This document shows, piece after piece, positions 43,819-54,430 of a stretch of 57,536 nucleotides of DNA. Numbering within the stretch: position 1 is the stretch's first letter; each line of letters starts with the position of its first letter. Below the pieces are notes generated by a model. The model was given only the letters and a program-made list of their open reading frames with translations, searched no databases and had not been told where the DNA came from. This stretch comes from a virus (taxonomy: Duplodnaviria > Caudoviricetes), in IMG/VR virus record IMGVR_UViG_3300048999_000258, positions 1 through 57,536 of that record; one strand, 5' to 3'. Both the position numbers and the translations under genes were made by a program.

Positions 43819-46128
43819 ATGGCCAAGACCGCAAAGCTTAGCGCAAGGCCATATTTTTACGGCACCGAGGTCTTCAGCTTACGCAGCATCTTGCCGCCAG
43901 CGTACAACGTCGGCCCGCGCAACTTTAGCGAACTGCCTGCTGTAGGAACGGCGCAGGCAAGCCCGCCTTTAGGCCTTTTGCAGGCTATTACGCTGGCGGC
44001 TGGCGAAGCGCTCAATGCTCTAGCCGGTCTTAGGCTAACGCGCCTGACGAGGGCTGTGGCCACAGGCGATACGACAATCTATGTAGAACGCTCTTTCGGC
44101 CTCCCTGACGCAGGAGCCGTGGCCATAGATGGCGTTCCCTACACCTATTCGACGAACCTAGACGGCTCGCTTGCTGGCATAGGCTTTACCCATGGCGGTG
44201 TTTTCGTCTCAGGTGCAGCTGTGGCGCATGATATTGGCGCCCAGGTGACAGACCTATCGGTCACCTACTCCGCTATAGACCAGGTCACGCGCGCGCTTTT
44301 CGTCGACACCGCGACAGACTCAGACCTTTCCGTTATCGGTCGAAACCTGGGCGTGTTGCGTGCGCCTAGCTTGGCTGATGACGAGCAGTACCGCGCACTA
44401 ATAGCCGTGCTTGCCTACAATCCCCGCGGCACCATGCTTGGCCTGCGGCTGGTGCTAGACACTCTGGTCGGAGCAGGCAACTACGCCATCACTGAGGATT
44501 TGGAATCGGCACCCTGCCAGGTCAGCATCACTGTCTCTGGTGCGCTGTTTTTGAATAACGTCTCACAGGGCAAATCCTACCTGCAAGACGTCGATTATGA
44601 TGCGGCCAAAGCAGGCGCGCTTGCGACATCAGTTGCAGAATATTTTATTAGTTCTGCGCAATTGCCCCAAGACAATTTCTATCTGGACCTGCACGTAACG
44701 CTACCTGATGCGGCCACAGTCTCGCCTCGGCCCAACGCAGCGCCTGCCGCGCAGTTCGCCTGGGTTGCTCAGAGCGGCGCTAGCGAAGACCAGGGCGTCA
44801 GCATCCTGGCTGATATCGGCGGCGCCCTGAGCACCGCAACTGATTTTCTTGAGGCGCCGGGGCTGTTTCACTACAGCGGCGGCATCGCCCCATCCTCCGT
44901 CGTGCGCGTAGCAGGCCGTTTTGCCTTTGGCATCGAGGGCAGCCCGTCCAGCACAGACGGCAGGCAATTTGGTGTGCTGATTGCAGACGGGGAACGCGCC
45001 ATAGCCTGGGGCGTAATGCAGCAGTCAGAGCAGCCTATCTTCTCCATCGGTCTTATCGACGCCAGCACGGGCCGCTTTGTTGATGGACTATACGAGAGCA
45101 TTAGCGCCTATCAGTTCTATGACATTGAACTGCGTAAAAATGCTGGCACCACTATGTCTCTGCTCATCGACGGCGTCACGGTGCAGACAGCAAGCTATAC
45201 GGAGGCGGCTGTGACGACGGCGTTTGGCGTAGATTTGGGTGCGCTTTTGGGCATCACTTAGACCTGTCATGCCCAGCTCGTAGGCCTTGGCATCAGCAGC
45301 AAGAATACAACTGAGTACGTCAACCTGCAGCCCGGCGGCACAAACACAGCCAGCCTGCCTGGGGCGGCAAGCAATCAGCTGGTGCTGTCATCTGAGGCGC
45401 AGGCAGCCTTCGCAGCGGCGGACACAGGCAAAACCCTGCGCATCACGGGCAGCACCGTCAAAAACAGTTTGGGCGGCAACAATAACCAGACCTACTCTGC
45501 ATCCTTTGTGGACGGTCGGCATCTCAATCTGGCGCTACCTAGCGGCCAGGTGCAGCTGTCTAGTGCGACGCCGCAGCGCCTCGCTTTAACGGGGCCACCA
45601 GACCTGTTGCGTTACCCCGATAGCCTCGGCACCAAAATCACCCTAGGCCCAAGCACGCAGGGCAACGCTGGCACGTACACCATCACCAAGCTATTGCATC
45701 CGCAGATGCTGACGGACCTTAGCCTTGTGCCCATGGCTAAATCACAGCCAACCAACGTGTGCGAGGTGCAAGGCGCATCGTTTGTGACGGAGGGCAGCGT
45801 GGCCTATCAATTACAGCCGCAGCTGACGGCGGAGTCTAACGTCAAGTATACGCTTGTGGACGCTGCTGCTCATACAGCCAATGCGGACGGCACATTATCT
45901 TTGTCGCCACGTGCGCCGCTGCCTTTGCCAACGGCAACCTACGCATTGCGCGGCGACACCGTGCGCACAGCGCAAGTCTTTGACACGCATGTGCCCTTTG
46001 TCACCATCAACGCCAACGGCACCGCCAGCGCGTTTCCGTTCTACGTCAGCGATGCATTTAACTACATTGAGCAATATCTTTTGGGTGTCGTCGCAGCCGG
46101 CGTGCGCCTCAACTTCTATTTCAGCTAA
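43819..46128 (+). pseudogene. Baseplate wedge (gpI-like) gene split by one in-frame TAG at 45259-45261 (nonsense allele or readthrough)
   Basis: ORFs 43819-45261 and 45382-46128 share a frame with only that TAG between them. N-terminal DTATDSDLSVIGRNLGV.R....DDEQYR and C-terminal YLLGVVAAGV are the two halves of one wedge-type pattern. Confidence 0.7.
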
Positions 46129-46139
46129 ACGAGGCCGCC

Positions 46140-48092
46140 TTGGACTTTTTAAACTTCTCAGCCGCCGAGCGTGTTGACCTCGCTGACCTCAACTACGTGG
46201 CTCAGGACACGCCTTTAGGCCTCGTGCGCGAGATGGCTGCAAACTTTGCGCTCAACCCCAAGGCAACCCAGCTTGCCTATGTCATCAACGGCTTTGCCGC
46301 GACCAATCCGACAGGCAACCAGATACAGGTGGCGCTCGGTAGCGCATTTTTAGGCCGCCGCGTCGGCCTCAGTGTGTTCTATGGCTTTTTGACCGCGACA
46401 GGTGACGCCACCCAGGCCATCGATGTCTCAAATTATCAGTCCGGCACCTACGGCGTCTACGTCAAGTTTGACCAGGTGCCGGGAGAATACGAAAACCGAA
46501 CGTTCTGGCAGGCTGGTGATACGCCTGGCGAATACGCGCAGAACGTTGCCACGAAGATGCTGTCTACCTGGCAGATGACCATTGTAGCGATGACGCCGGG
46601 GCCTGAGTGGCTGCAGGTGGCAAGCCTTGTCCTTCCCGGCAATGCGCTCACTGACACACGGCCGCTGTATTTTGAGGGTCGCCCAGACCAAGCGTTCGCA
46701 AGCTCCTGGGGCAGCGGCGTCAACGACAGAAGCACAGACCGCGCTACCTACGGGGTCGGCGATTTGCAGACGTTTACAGCCGCCATGCGCACGGCCATTG
46801 AGGACGTCAAAGGCCCTGGGCTGACCCGCTGGTGGGAAAACAAAATTGGCGGGCAGAACATCGGCTTTGCCGGCACCCCGACTTTGGGCCGCACCGCCTG
46901 GGCAGACGCCAATTTCTTCGCTCAAGGCAGCGCCACAGCACCTGCGCTGACGTTTGATACCAACTCCTCGCTGCTCTACACCCGCGCCACGCACACCTTC
47001 GCGTTTACGCCTAACGCCACGACATCGCTGCTCGTCTCGCCTACCGCCGCCACAGCGCCGCTCAATCTAGTAGTCGGTAGCGCCAACCAATTGACGTTTC
47101 AGGCGACACAGACGACAGCATCTGCCCTGTGGGCACCGGCGAGCACATCACCGTTATTTGAGCAGCGGGCTACAAACGCCGCCCTATCAACTTTGGGCAC
47201 CTACGCCGGCGGCACGCTTGCCGGTAGCGTCGACGCCAATCGCAACTGGCTACTAGGCTCTGGCTCTACAGGCTACGCCTACCCGCTATCTGGCACGGCT
47301 ACGAGCTTTGCGGCGCTGACCGTGGCAGATACCACAGGCAACCCGCTGCTGCGCCTGGACTCATCTGCGGCGACAGGCGTAGCGGCCATCTTGTCTTTAC
47401 GAGCCAATACAGCGCCTGCGTTAATACGTTTTACCGCCAACGCAACGTCTACTGCGGCGACGTATCTGTACAGCCTAGGCTCTTCTGGCACTGTGTTTTC
47501 GTTGACCACCTTCGCCGGCACCAGCGTGTTCTCTTACGACACAACCGTCGGCACATTAAATATGACGGGGTCTACCCCTTACGCAAACACGTACACGACG
47601 CCGGTCAAAACCTACGTCGCAACGCCGTCCATCTATCAGTTCTACGGCGCAGGGGGCGCGCTGATTGGCGGTGGCGGCGTCGTCTATAACCCAGCCAATG
47701 GCACCATCGCCTGGCCCATTATCCTGCCGGATAACGCGACGCTCATTAGCATCACGCTCAACATGATGCGCCAGCACAGCGGCTCATCTACAGCCAGCAA
47801 CAACGTCACCATATCACTGGTTGCCAATGCTGGCTCAGGCCTAAGCAACGTCACCACCGGCCCAAGCACAATCGCTACCAACACCTACGCGCCAGGATGG
47901 CAGCCAAACACAACGCCAACCGCATCACTTGGGCAGTACAACGTTGGCCTAAGCGGCTTTAGCGCTACCGCATCGACCAGCTTGTACAACTTCGTGCTCC
48001 TGTTTACAGACACAGACGCAGCCGTCTTATCGACTATTTTTCGGATTAATATTACTTACACAAGGCCCGATATCATGGGCGGCAACCGCTAG
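46140..48092 (+). CDS. Tail fibre / baseplate-attached receptor-binding protein
   Basis: Follows the wedge genes; N-terminal ERVDLADL attachment-like region, T/S/A/G-rich beta C-terminus. Confidence 0.7.
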   Translation: MDFLNFSAAERVDLADLNYVAQDTPLGLVREMAANFALNPKATQLAYVINGFAATNPTGNQIQVALGSAFLGRRVGLSVFYGFLTATGDATQAIDVSNYQSGTYGVYVKFDQVPGEYENRTFWQAGDTPGEYAQNVATKMLSTWQMTIVAMTPGPEWLQVASLVLPGNALTDTRPLYFEGRPDQAFASSWGSGVNDRSTDRATYGVGDLQTFTAAMRTAIEDVKGPGLTRWWENKIGGQNIGFAGTPTLGRTAWADANFFAQGSATAPALTFDTNSSLLYTRATHTFAFTPNATTSLLVSPTAATAPLNLVVGSANQLTFQATQTTASALWAPASTSPLFEQRATNAALSTLGTYAGGTLAGSVDANRNWLLGSGSTGYAYPLSGTATSFAALTVADTTGNPLLRLDSSAATGVAAILSLRANTAPALIRFTANATSTAATYLYSLGSSGTVFSLTTFAGTSVFSYDTTVGTLNMTGSTPYANTYTTPVKTYVATPSIYQFYGAGGALIGGGGVVYNPANGTIAWPIILPDNATLISITLNMMRQHSGSSTASNNVTISLVANAGSGLSNVTTGPSTIATNTYAPGWQPNTTPTASLGQYNVGLSGFSATASTSLYNFVLLFTDTDAAVLSTIFRINITYTRPDIMGGNR

Positions 48093-48129
48093 CCCTGATG
48101 CGGCACATTCAACGAAACAGGAGGCCACC

Positions 48130-48438
48130 ATGGACGAAGCCAAAACAAAGCAGTTTCAACAAGACATGCAGGCTATCATCGCCGGCGAAAAAGATGCACC
48201 CAATGGCACCATCAAGCATTTTGCCACGCGATTTAAGGACGCTCAGCTCAAACATGACGAGCTAAGCAAGGGCCTAAGCGAACTTGAGCAAAAGATGGCC
48301 CAGGGCAAAATTGAGCTAGCAAAGACCACAGGCTTTATCGAAAACCTAGCGCAGGATTTGCGCCACCTCTGGGATGAGGCGACGAGTCCTCCTAAAGTCG
48401 CAGAAGGCGCAGACGGTGCAGCAAAGACTGCCGCATAG
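48130..48438 (+). CDS. Coiled-coil protein (possible fibre chaperone)
   Basis: AGGAGG SD, heptad pattern. Confidence 0.65.
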   Translation: MDEAKTKQFQQDMQAIIAGEKDAPNGTIKHFATRFKDAQLKHDELSKGLSELEQKMAQGKIELAKTTGFIENLAQDLRHLWDEATSPPKVAEGADGAAKTAA

Positions 48439-48636
48439 CGCGAGCAATTGCGCTGCCTGCGTATCTACTCTGCAGGCAGCGCTACTGGTCTTCGGGCTTG
48501 TAGTCGTAGACCGGAAACTGCATCCCCGCAAGACAGTGCAAAACAGCGTTGGCGATGTCCCAGTTGGGCGTGCCGCGCGGGTGCAGCGTCATCTGTAGCC
48601 AACAATCGCGCGCTAACTTTCCCCAAAGCGTCGTGT

Positions 48637-49158
48637 CTACCCCTTCTTGCATGCTGCCTCCTCGTTGGCTTTGGTTTGCGCTACGGCATTAGCCGCGCGT
48701 TCTTTAGCAACGTAATCGCGAATGGTCCTGACCTGATAGGCCGTGACCCCAAACCTGCGGGCTAGCTTCGTATTGGTGCCGATGTCATTGGCGACGCATA
48801 TCGTCAGCATGACCCGCGTCTCTGCGGGAAGCTTAGCAACAGACGCAGGGCAGTCAGGTAGCGTCATGCGCTGACGGCGTTTTTTGGCGATTTCTTTGCG
48901 GGTTACCATTTGCATATGCCCAAAAAAGACGCACATCGCATTGCCGCATTTCATGACGATGACGTCTTTGCTGCTGAGCGTCTCACCTGTGCATATCTCC
49001 CACACGATGCGAGACATAAGCATGGTTTTGCGCGCGTTAGACGCACGCCACACATGCAATGCCTGCCCTGTGGACGAGCGGGAAGCGTGAGGCCATATAT
49101 CGCAAGGTTTGCTCAGAGGGTCTGTGTTTGTGCTTTTTGCGCGCATGAAAAACTCCAT
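48637..49158 (-). CDS. Degenerate HNH-like protein with C-terminal HTH
   Basis: CDIW...SRIVWEI..G...VIVMKCGNAMCVFFGHM matches phage HNH_3 layout but lacks the catalytic His; LARRFGVT HTH. Confidence 0.6.
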   Translation of the reverse strand: MEFFMRAKSTNTDPLSKPCDIWPHASRSSTGQALHVWRASNARKTMLMSRIVWEICTGETLSSKDVIVMKCGNAMCVFFGHMQMVTRKEIAKKRRQRMTLPDCPASVAKLPAETRVMLTICVANDIGTNTKLARRFGVTAYQVRTIRDYVAKERAANAVAQTKANEEAACKKG

Positions 49159-49206
49159 CTCTGCGACGGAATACTTTCAAGGTTAGCGGAAATTGCGCAC
49201 AAAACC

Positions 49207-49244
49207 CCGCAAACAGGCAGGAAAAAGGAAGGGCCTGTTTGCGG
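49207..49244 (-). terminator. Probable terminator after the gasdermin-like gene
   Basis: Perfect 12-bp inverted repeat CCGCAAACAGGC / GCCTGTTTGCGG just past the stop, followed by GGTTTT on the - strand. Confidence 0.6.
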
Positions 49245-49248
49245 CGGC

Positions 49249-50004
49249 TTAGTTGGCGACGGTGTAGGACTCAGACTCTGCCTGCAGGACGCGCTGGCCT
49301 GGTTTGGCGTGAAAATCAACTGAAGGTGTAGACGATTGAAGCAAAAACTGGTCATCGCGCACGCCGAAGATTAGATTCTCGCCTTCGATGTGTGTGCTGC
49401 CCTTGGAGCTGACCGCGCCGCCCAGCTCAGCCGCCAAGCCCTCAAGCTCCTCGAGGTTAGCCGAAGCTGACAAGCTGTTTTCATGGTTGTAGACGACGGA
49501 ATATTGCGCATCTGCCATCAGGGCTGACTGAATCATGGTCAACTTGGCTTTGGTGTTTGCACGGCCCTCGATGGCTCGGCGGCAAGAAGGCGAGCGGTAG
49601 CGGACGTTGTCGTACATATCGACATCATTGAGTTCAAGCAGACGGGCATTGGACAGTTTGGCTGAAATCGAGCGGATGTTGCAGAATTTGCCCTTGAGGT
49701 GCGCCATGTGCAGAAAGTCTGTGCCGACGTCAAATTCCTGACCGTTGGCTTTTTGCACTTCCGTGCTGGTGGTCTTGGACTCAGACGCTTTATAGAATGG
49801 TCCGAGGCTTTGCTCTGCGGTGCAGATGACCTGAGCTGTGTAGGGCGCAACATCTTGCACCATGACAACAGTGCCGGGCATCAAAAACGTGTTGGGCGCA
49901 GCGACTGCGGCAAAGCCATACATGCGGACCATGGTGCTCATGGACGGGCAGGCGGTGCAGGAAAGAAACAAAGAAACCAAAGCAAAACGGATAGCGGTCT
50001 TCAT
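49249..50004 (-). CDS. Predicted lipoprotein with bacterial-gasdermin-like motifs
   Basis: Signal MKTAIRFALVSLFLSCTAC; C..M...YGF..V..P...L.PGTVV; MIQSALMAD; GENLIFGVR then a short C-terminal tail. Confidence 0.5.
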   Translation of the reverse strand: MKTAIRFALVSLFLSCTACPSMSTMVRMYGFAAVAAPNTFLMPGTVVMVQDVAPYTAQVICTAEQSLGPFYKASESKTTSTEVQKANGQEFDVGTDFLHMAHLKGKFCNIRSISAKLSNARLLELNDVDMYDNVRYRSPSCRRAIEGRANTKAKLTMIQSALMADAQYSVVYNHENSLSASANLEELEGLAAELGGAVSSKGSTHIEGENLIFGVRDDQFLLQSSTPSVDFHAKPGQRVLQAESESYTVAN

Positions 50005-50548
50005 CAGTGTAATCCAATTTTCAGTGTGCTGCTCAGTGGGACTGCTTAGGGTGCTGCTATCGGGTGCTGCGTATCGTGCTGCTTTAGTGTCCTGCTTTAT
50101 CATGCTGCCTAATTGTGCTGCATATTTTTTGTATTCTATTGGTCGCGAACTGTGGGGCGATTCTTCTATTGTGCTGCTTATGTACTGCCGTGTCCCCGCC
50201 AGCCCTCGATGAATTAACTATGCCCTAGGAAATTTTCTCTGGCAATTATTTTTATCTGGCGATTCTTGCTTAAAAGAATGCTGCTGGCGAGATATATGCA
50301 TTATAAGGTTTGCACAGGACTTATGTGAAGTTTTCCTTACATGCGACGGAATGGTCCGTTGTTGCAAGCAAGGCGCCCGGTCTGCCTGCCTCTAGCCAAT
50401 TCGCCGCTTGCGCGCTAGAGCCTGCTCACCAAAAAGCCCGTGGAGTCTGCCGCTTTGGGACCGGGAGGCATCAAGAGGAGCAGGCCCAAGCCAACTCAAC
50501 CGCAACACCCATGTCGTTTTCGTGTTGCTTTTTTGGCGCAGCGCCAGC

Positions 50549-51358
50549 ATGGCCGTTGGCATGGCTTCGGTACTTATCAATAAAAAGCTGCTGCGCGATG
50601 AACGACTCCTCATGCTCATGGAGGCTAGTAGCCGAGGCAGGGCAGAGCTAATAGGCATCCTTGCGCTCTTTTGGCTAGCCACGCGGGAGGACAACGTGCG
50701 GTTTATTATTCCCACGTCCATCAAGGCCTACCTGCCGCTCGCGCCCATTGAGGCGGAGGCCATGGGCGTCTACATGTTGCAGGCAGGCTACCTGATGCCT
50801 GAGGACGGCGGTGAGCGCTATCAAATCGTAGACAACGCGAAGGCTTTGTCCAACCGCGAGGCAAGGCAGGCGATTGCAAGAAAAGCAGGGCTTGCGTCGG
50901 CGGCAAAGCGGGCCAAAAAAAGCCGCAAGAAGCGGGTCGTCGCCGAAGCACCGCAGCCGCAGCAAGACATGGCGGTGCATGCCGCACCGGCCGCGCCCGC
51001 CGCGCCCGCCGCGCCTATTGCGCCATTGAACGTGCGTGCTTGGCAGGTCTACGCTGAAGCCTACCACTACCGTTGGGGCGCTATGCCCATCTCTAACGCC
51101 ACGGTGCGTGGCCAGATGGCGGCTATCGTCAAACGCATAGGTGAGCGCGCCATTGAGGTCATGCCCTTTTACGTGGCGCACAACGACAGCTATTACGTGC
51201 TCAAGCACCATCCGGTAGGGCTTGCGCTTAAAGATTGTGAATCGCTGGCCACGCAATGTGCTATGCACAGGCCCATCACATCACAGGATGTAAGGAGCGC
51301 AGAAAAAGAGTACGGTTACAAAAAGCAATTGGAAAACATTAGAGCAGGTCGAATCTGA
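50549..51358 (+). CDS. Phage replication initiator-like protein
   Basis: N-terminal wHTH-like region, AGLASAAKR basic linker, C-terminal W..YAEAY..RWG..P..NATVRGQ...VKRIG...H.VG.....ESLATQ. Start 50549 or 50561. Confidence 0.6.
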   Translation: MAVGMASVLINKKLLRDERLLMLMEASSRGRAELIGILALFWLATREDNVRFIIPTSIKAYLPLAPIEAEAMGVYMLQAGYLMPEDGGERYQIVDNAKALSNREARQAIARKAGLASAAKRAKKSRKKRVVAEAPQPQQDMAVHAAPAAPAAPAAPIAPLNVRAWQVYAEAYHYRWGAMPISNATVRGQMAAIVKRIGERAIEVMPFYVAHNDSYYVLKHHPVGLALKDCESLATQCAMHRPITSQDVRSAEKEYGYKKQLENIRAGRI

Positions 51359-51376
51359 CATACTAGGGAGCGTTAA

Positions 51377-52054
51377 GTGATGCGAGATGAAAAACCATCA
51401 AACATTTTGTTACGAGTGTGTGTCATGGCGTCAGAACGCTCACAGGTTATCCAAGAAGCTTTCTTGGAATTTGCCATCTACCTTGGTTGCCGTATCGAAG
51501 ATGTGCAGCTCAGAGAGTACACAAGGGAGATGCTAGAGGAAAACATTGCCACCGCAGATGTCGTGTACGCGTTGCAGCAAATCAGAAAACAACCCAACCG
51601 AAAGATGCGCGGCATCGCGTTGCCGGCGGAGGTAATACAATTTTTGCGTCCGCAGCTTAGCGATGATGATGTGGCAAACAGCATCGCCGCCAAGATTCAA
51701 TATTGCTACAAGCATTTTGGCTACAATAACGCGGATGCAGCCAAAGCGCACATGGGCGTGCAGGCCTGGCAGGTCGTGCATGAGTCTGGCGGCTGGGCGC
51801 AGATGTGTGCCGGCGCTACAGAGGAAGGCAAGCGCACAGAGTACGCCCAGCTGCGTGATTTGGCGCGCAGTGTGTTGCGGCGTGATGTGCAGACGCAGCG
51901 TATGGCGCAACTTGAGGCCAGGCGTTTACAGCCGGCTAGCATCTTAAGCGAGCCCAGGTTAACACCTGTGCAGATGGCAGAGAATCGGCGCCGGGCGGCT
52001 GAACTTGTCGGAAGCGTGTTTCGTCCGCATCCCAAAGCTCGCGTGCCGATTTAA
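51377..52054 (+). CDS. Replication-associated protein (helicase loader/inhibitor-like, DUF6475-like)
   Basis: LPAEVI motif and AWQVV...GGW..MC; follows the initiator. Confidence 0.5.
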   Translation: MMRDEKPSNILLRVCVMASERSQVIQEAFLEFAIYLGCRIEDVQLREYTREMLEENIATADVVYALQQIRKQPNRKMRGIALPAEVIQFLRPQLSDDDVANSIAAKIQYCYKHFGYNNADAAKAHMGVQAWQVVHESGGWAQMCAGATEEGKRTEYAQLRDLARSVLRRDVQTQRMAQLEARRLQPASILSEPRLTPVQMAENRRRAAELVGSVFRPHPKARVPI

Positions 52055-52525
52055 GTTTGGCCTAGTGTTTAACGTTGACGCTGGGCGTTTGGCCCTGTAG
52101 TCGACACTCAGCTCTAACTGCAAAGGCGCATCTCATGCTTCCCGCCAGTTCTGTTGCTTGTCAGCCGCGCATTATCCACCAGCACACGCATTTTCATAGC
52201 CACGTCACTCGCGTTCGGCATGTGCACCACAAGGCAGCCATATTTCATATGGACGACAGCGCTTCACCTGAACGTGGCCGCGCTCGCCATCGCTATGGTG
52301 CATCGCGCGGGCGCATCGCATCGCTGTCTCCTGTGCCCGCAAGCTTTTCAGGTAAAGTTCAGCATTTTTGGCGACATCGCGTCGTTCCTGCTCTTGCGCT
52401 TTTGGGAAGCGCTATCATTTTCGTCCTGAATCGCATTTCCTTCGGGTTTGGCTTCAGAGTTGGCTATCTACCTTTTTTGGGGTCCAATCGCGATTGATGC
52501 GACTGGAAAAAAACTGAGGTTAAAA

Positions 52526-52756
52526 ATGGATCGTACATCGAACACATCTGCATCACGCGACGTGCCTATTGCAAAACCAAAACAAACGTACAACGAGCGC
52601 TATCCTGCGCCTGAGGTGCGCTACAACGCTGGGCTTGACCAATTTGTCAGCCACAGTCCGCCGACCGACGTCAAAGAAACCTACAACGCGGTGCACGGTT
52701 TTCTTGATAAGATAAGCGATTGGCTCGACCCAGAGGGCGCCAAAAAAAGGCGTTGA
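52526..52756 (+). CDS. Hypothetical protein
   Basis: GAGG SD before ATG 52526. Confidence 0.5.
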   Translation: MDRTSNTSASRDVPIAKPKQTYNERYPAPEVRYNAGLDQFVSHSPPTDVKETYNAVHGFLDKISDWLDPEGAKKRR

Positions 52757-52810
52757 TGCTCTAGGTGCTAAGTCTTTTGCCCGCCGCTCTGTTGCTGCCA
52801 CTATCGACGC

Positions 52811-53854
52811 ATGGCCGACAGCAACAGCGCAGCGTCTCCTTTTTGCGGCCGCCGCCTAAGCGCCCCGACGTTAATTGCCATGCCGCAGTCGGCGCTTGTA
52901 CAACCTGACCACCTGCGTCTTCCGTCCGCTTGCGCCAGCCCGCAGGGTGGCAGCTTCGGCCTTGTGCCAATCAGGCCCAAATCCGTACGTTTTCAATCAG
53001 ACCAGAGCCGCGAGACGCGCAGCAGCGGAGGTGATAACGCATCCCGCGTGCCGACGCCCTGGATTGGCGCGGCGACATCTCCCGGCGTGCAGGTAGACCC
53101 CGCTGCGGTCGACTACTTCAATGCCACGAGCGCTGAGCGCCACAGCTGGCGGGCCATGCAAAACCTTGGGCTTGTAGCCGTTGGCCGTTCGCTTCTGACC
53201 CTGGGCCTAGGTGGCGTGCTCGAGGGGTTTTCTCTGATGGCCATCAACGCTCAGGCGCCGCTGCGACCGGTCCCTGGTGCACCGCCTACCGCGCCTGGCC
53301 GACGAAGTGTTGAGATAGCTCATCCGGTCATCTTTGGCTTAGGCATGGCAGGGGCCGCGGTGGGATTAAGCATGCACGTGGCGGGCCTGGCGCGGTTTTA
53401 TAGCGATACCTCTAAGATTAAACGCCGCCGGGCCCAAATCGTGCTTGCCGCCGGTACAGCCGGGGCGGTGCTGGTGACAGTGGGCGGGTCGTATTATCTC
53501 TACGGCATCGTAGCCAAACGCGACACTATCTTGTGGGAGGCGCTGCCTTTGCGCTCAGTCGGCAATTTCCTAGTGTACGGCGCCATCCCTAATTCGTTTA
53601 GCGCGTCAGAGATGGTGCATGGGGATATTCCGCTGAAGAATCGTGTCTTGTTGCGAGACCTCTTCTTTGCGCTTGGGGGCATGTTTCTGATGACCTGGGC
53701 GCAGATATCGACGCCTGACCCGCCAGCGCCGCTGTGGGCGCGCGAGATTGCGCAGTGCTTGGGCATTATTTGCATAGCGATGGGTGGGGCGCTGCCGCGG
53801 GTTGATGGCATGCGGGCCCAGGCTCAACTGCGGGCGGGACAAAATAGTCAATAA
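52811..53854 (+). CDS. Multi-pass membrane protein
   Basis: Disordered N-terminus, then about 5-6 hydrophobic segments. Confidence 0.6.
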   Translation: MADSNSAASPFCGRRLSAPTLIAMPQSALVQPDHLRLPSACASPQGGSFGLVPIRPKSVRFQSDQSRETRSSGGDNASRVPTPWIGAATSPGVQVDPAAVDYFNATSAERHSWRAMQNLGLVAVGRSLLTLGLGGVLEGFSLMAINAQAPLRPVPGAPPTAPGRRSVEIAHPVIFGLGMAGAAVGLSMHVAGLARFYSDTSKIKRRRAQIVLAAGTAGAVLVTVGGSYYLYGIVAKRDTILWEALPLRSVGNFLVYGAIPNSFSASEMVHGDIPLKNRVLLRDLFFALGGMFLMTWAQISTPDPPAPLWAREIAQCLGIICIAMGGALPRVDGMRAQAQLRAGQNSQ

Positions 53855-53944
53855 CCCCAACGATTGCGCTCGCGTACATCTTTTACAGCGTCGCGAAAGA
53901 ACAAACCGTGCAAAGCAGAACACCCGAGAAAAGCAGGTAGGCAA

Positions 53945-54289
53945 TTCAAGAGGTCTGCGTTTGGCTGCATTTCCATTCGATGGGCAATGCTTTACCCACA
54001 CTAATTCATAGCGAAATGTTGCCAATGAAGACGTAACTAGAACTGATGAAAACGGTTGCCTGGCCATGCATAAGGTAGCAGCGTTTGACCTAGTGAGAGC
54101 ATCTGCGTTCCGCCAAAAAGGGCCCAATGAAACCTGGGTGTCCCACTCATTCTTCGTTATCCCATACGGCAAATCTGCGAACACAAAGTCTGCCTTCATG
54201 CCCTGGCTTGCCAAGCTAGGCATCACTTCCAAGCAATCTCCCAGGTGCAAATCCACGCGCAACGGCTCAGAGGCATCGGTCTCATCCAT
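53945..54289 (-). pseudogene. Truncated N6/N4 DNA methyltransferase (beta class)
   Basis: LHLGDCLEVM, FADLPYG, EWD, QPFSS.L..S...FRYELVWVK...AKRRPL, then similarity ends. No SAM-binding FxGxG motif follows. Confidence 0.75.
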
Positions 54290-54430
54290 GCCTCTGCATA
54301 TGGCGAGGTGAGCCGGCGTTCAAGGGCATGTGCTGTAAGCGGGCGTAGGCTCAACTTTCCGCATCACACATCGCAAAAGGGCTAGCCACTTTCTGGTGTC
54401 CAATTCTATCATGGTCATCGCGCGCTCAGG

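Noticed and set aside
42409-46128. Genome-wide TAG reassignment (genetic code 15)
   Set aside because: Long genes (capsid, portal, TerL, 1216-aa fibre) have no internal TAG, and several genes end in TAG right at the next start (e.g. 11128, 22149). Only one internal TAG was found.
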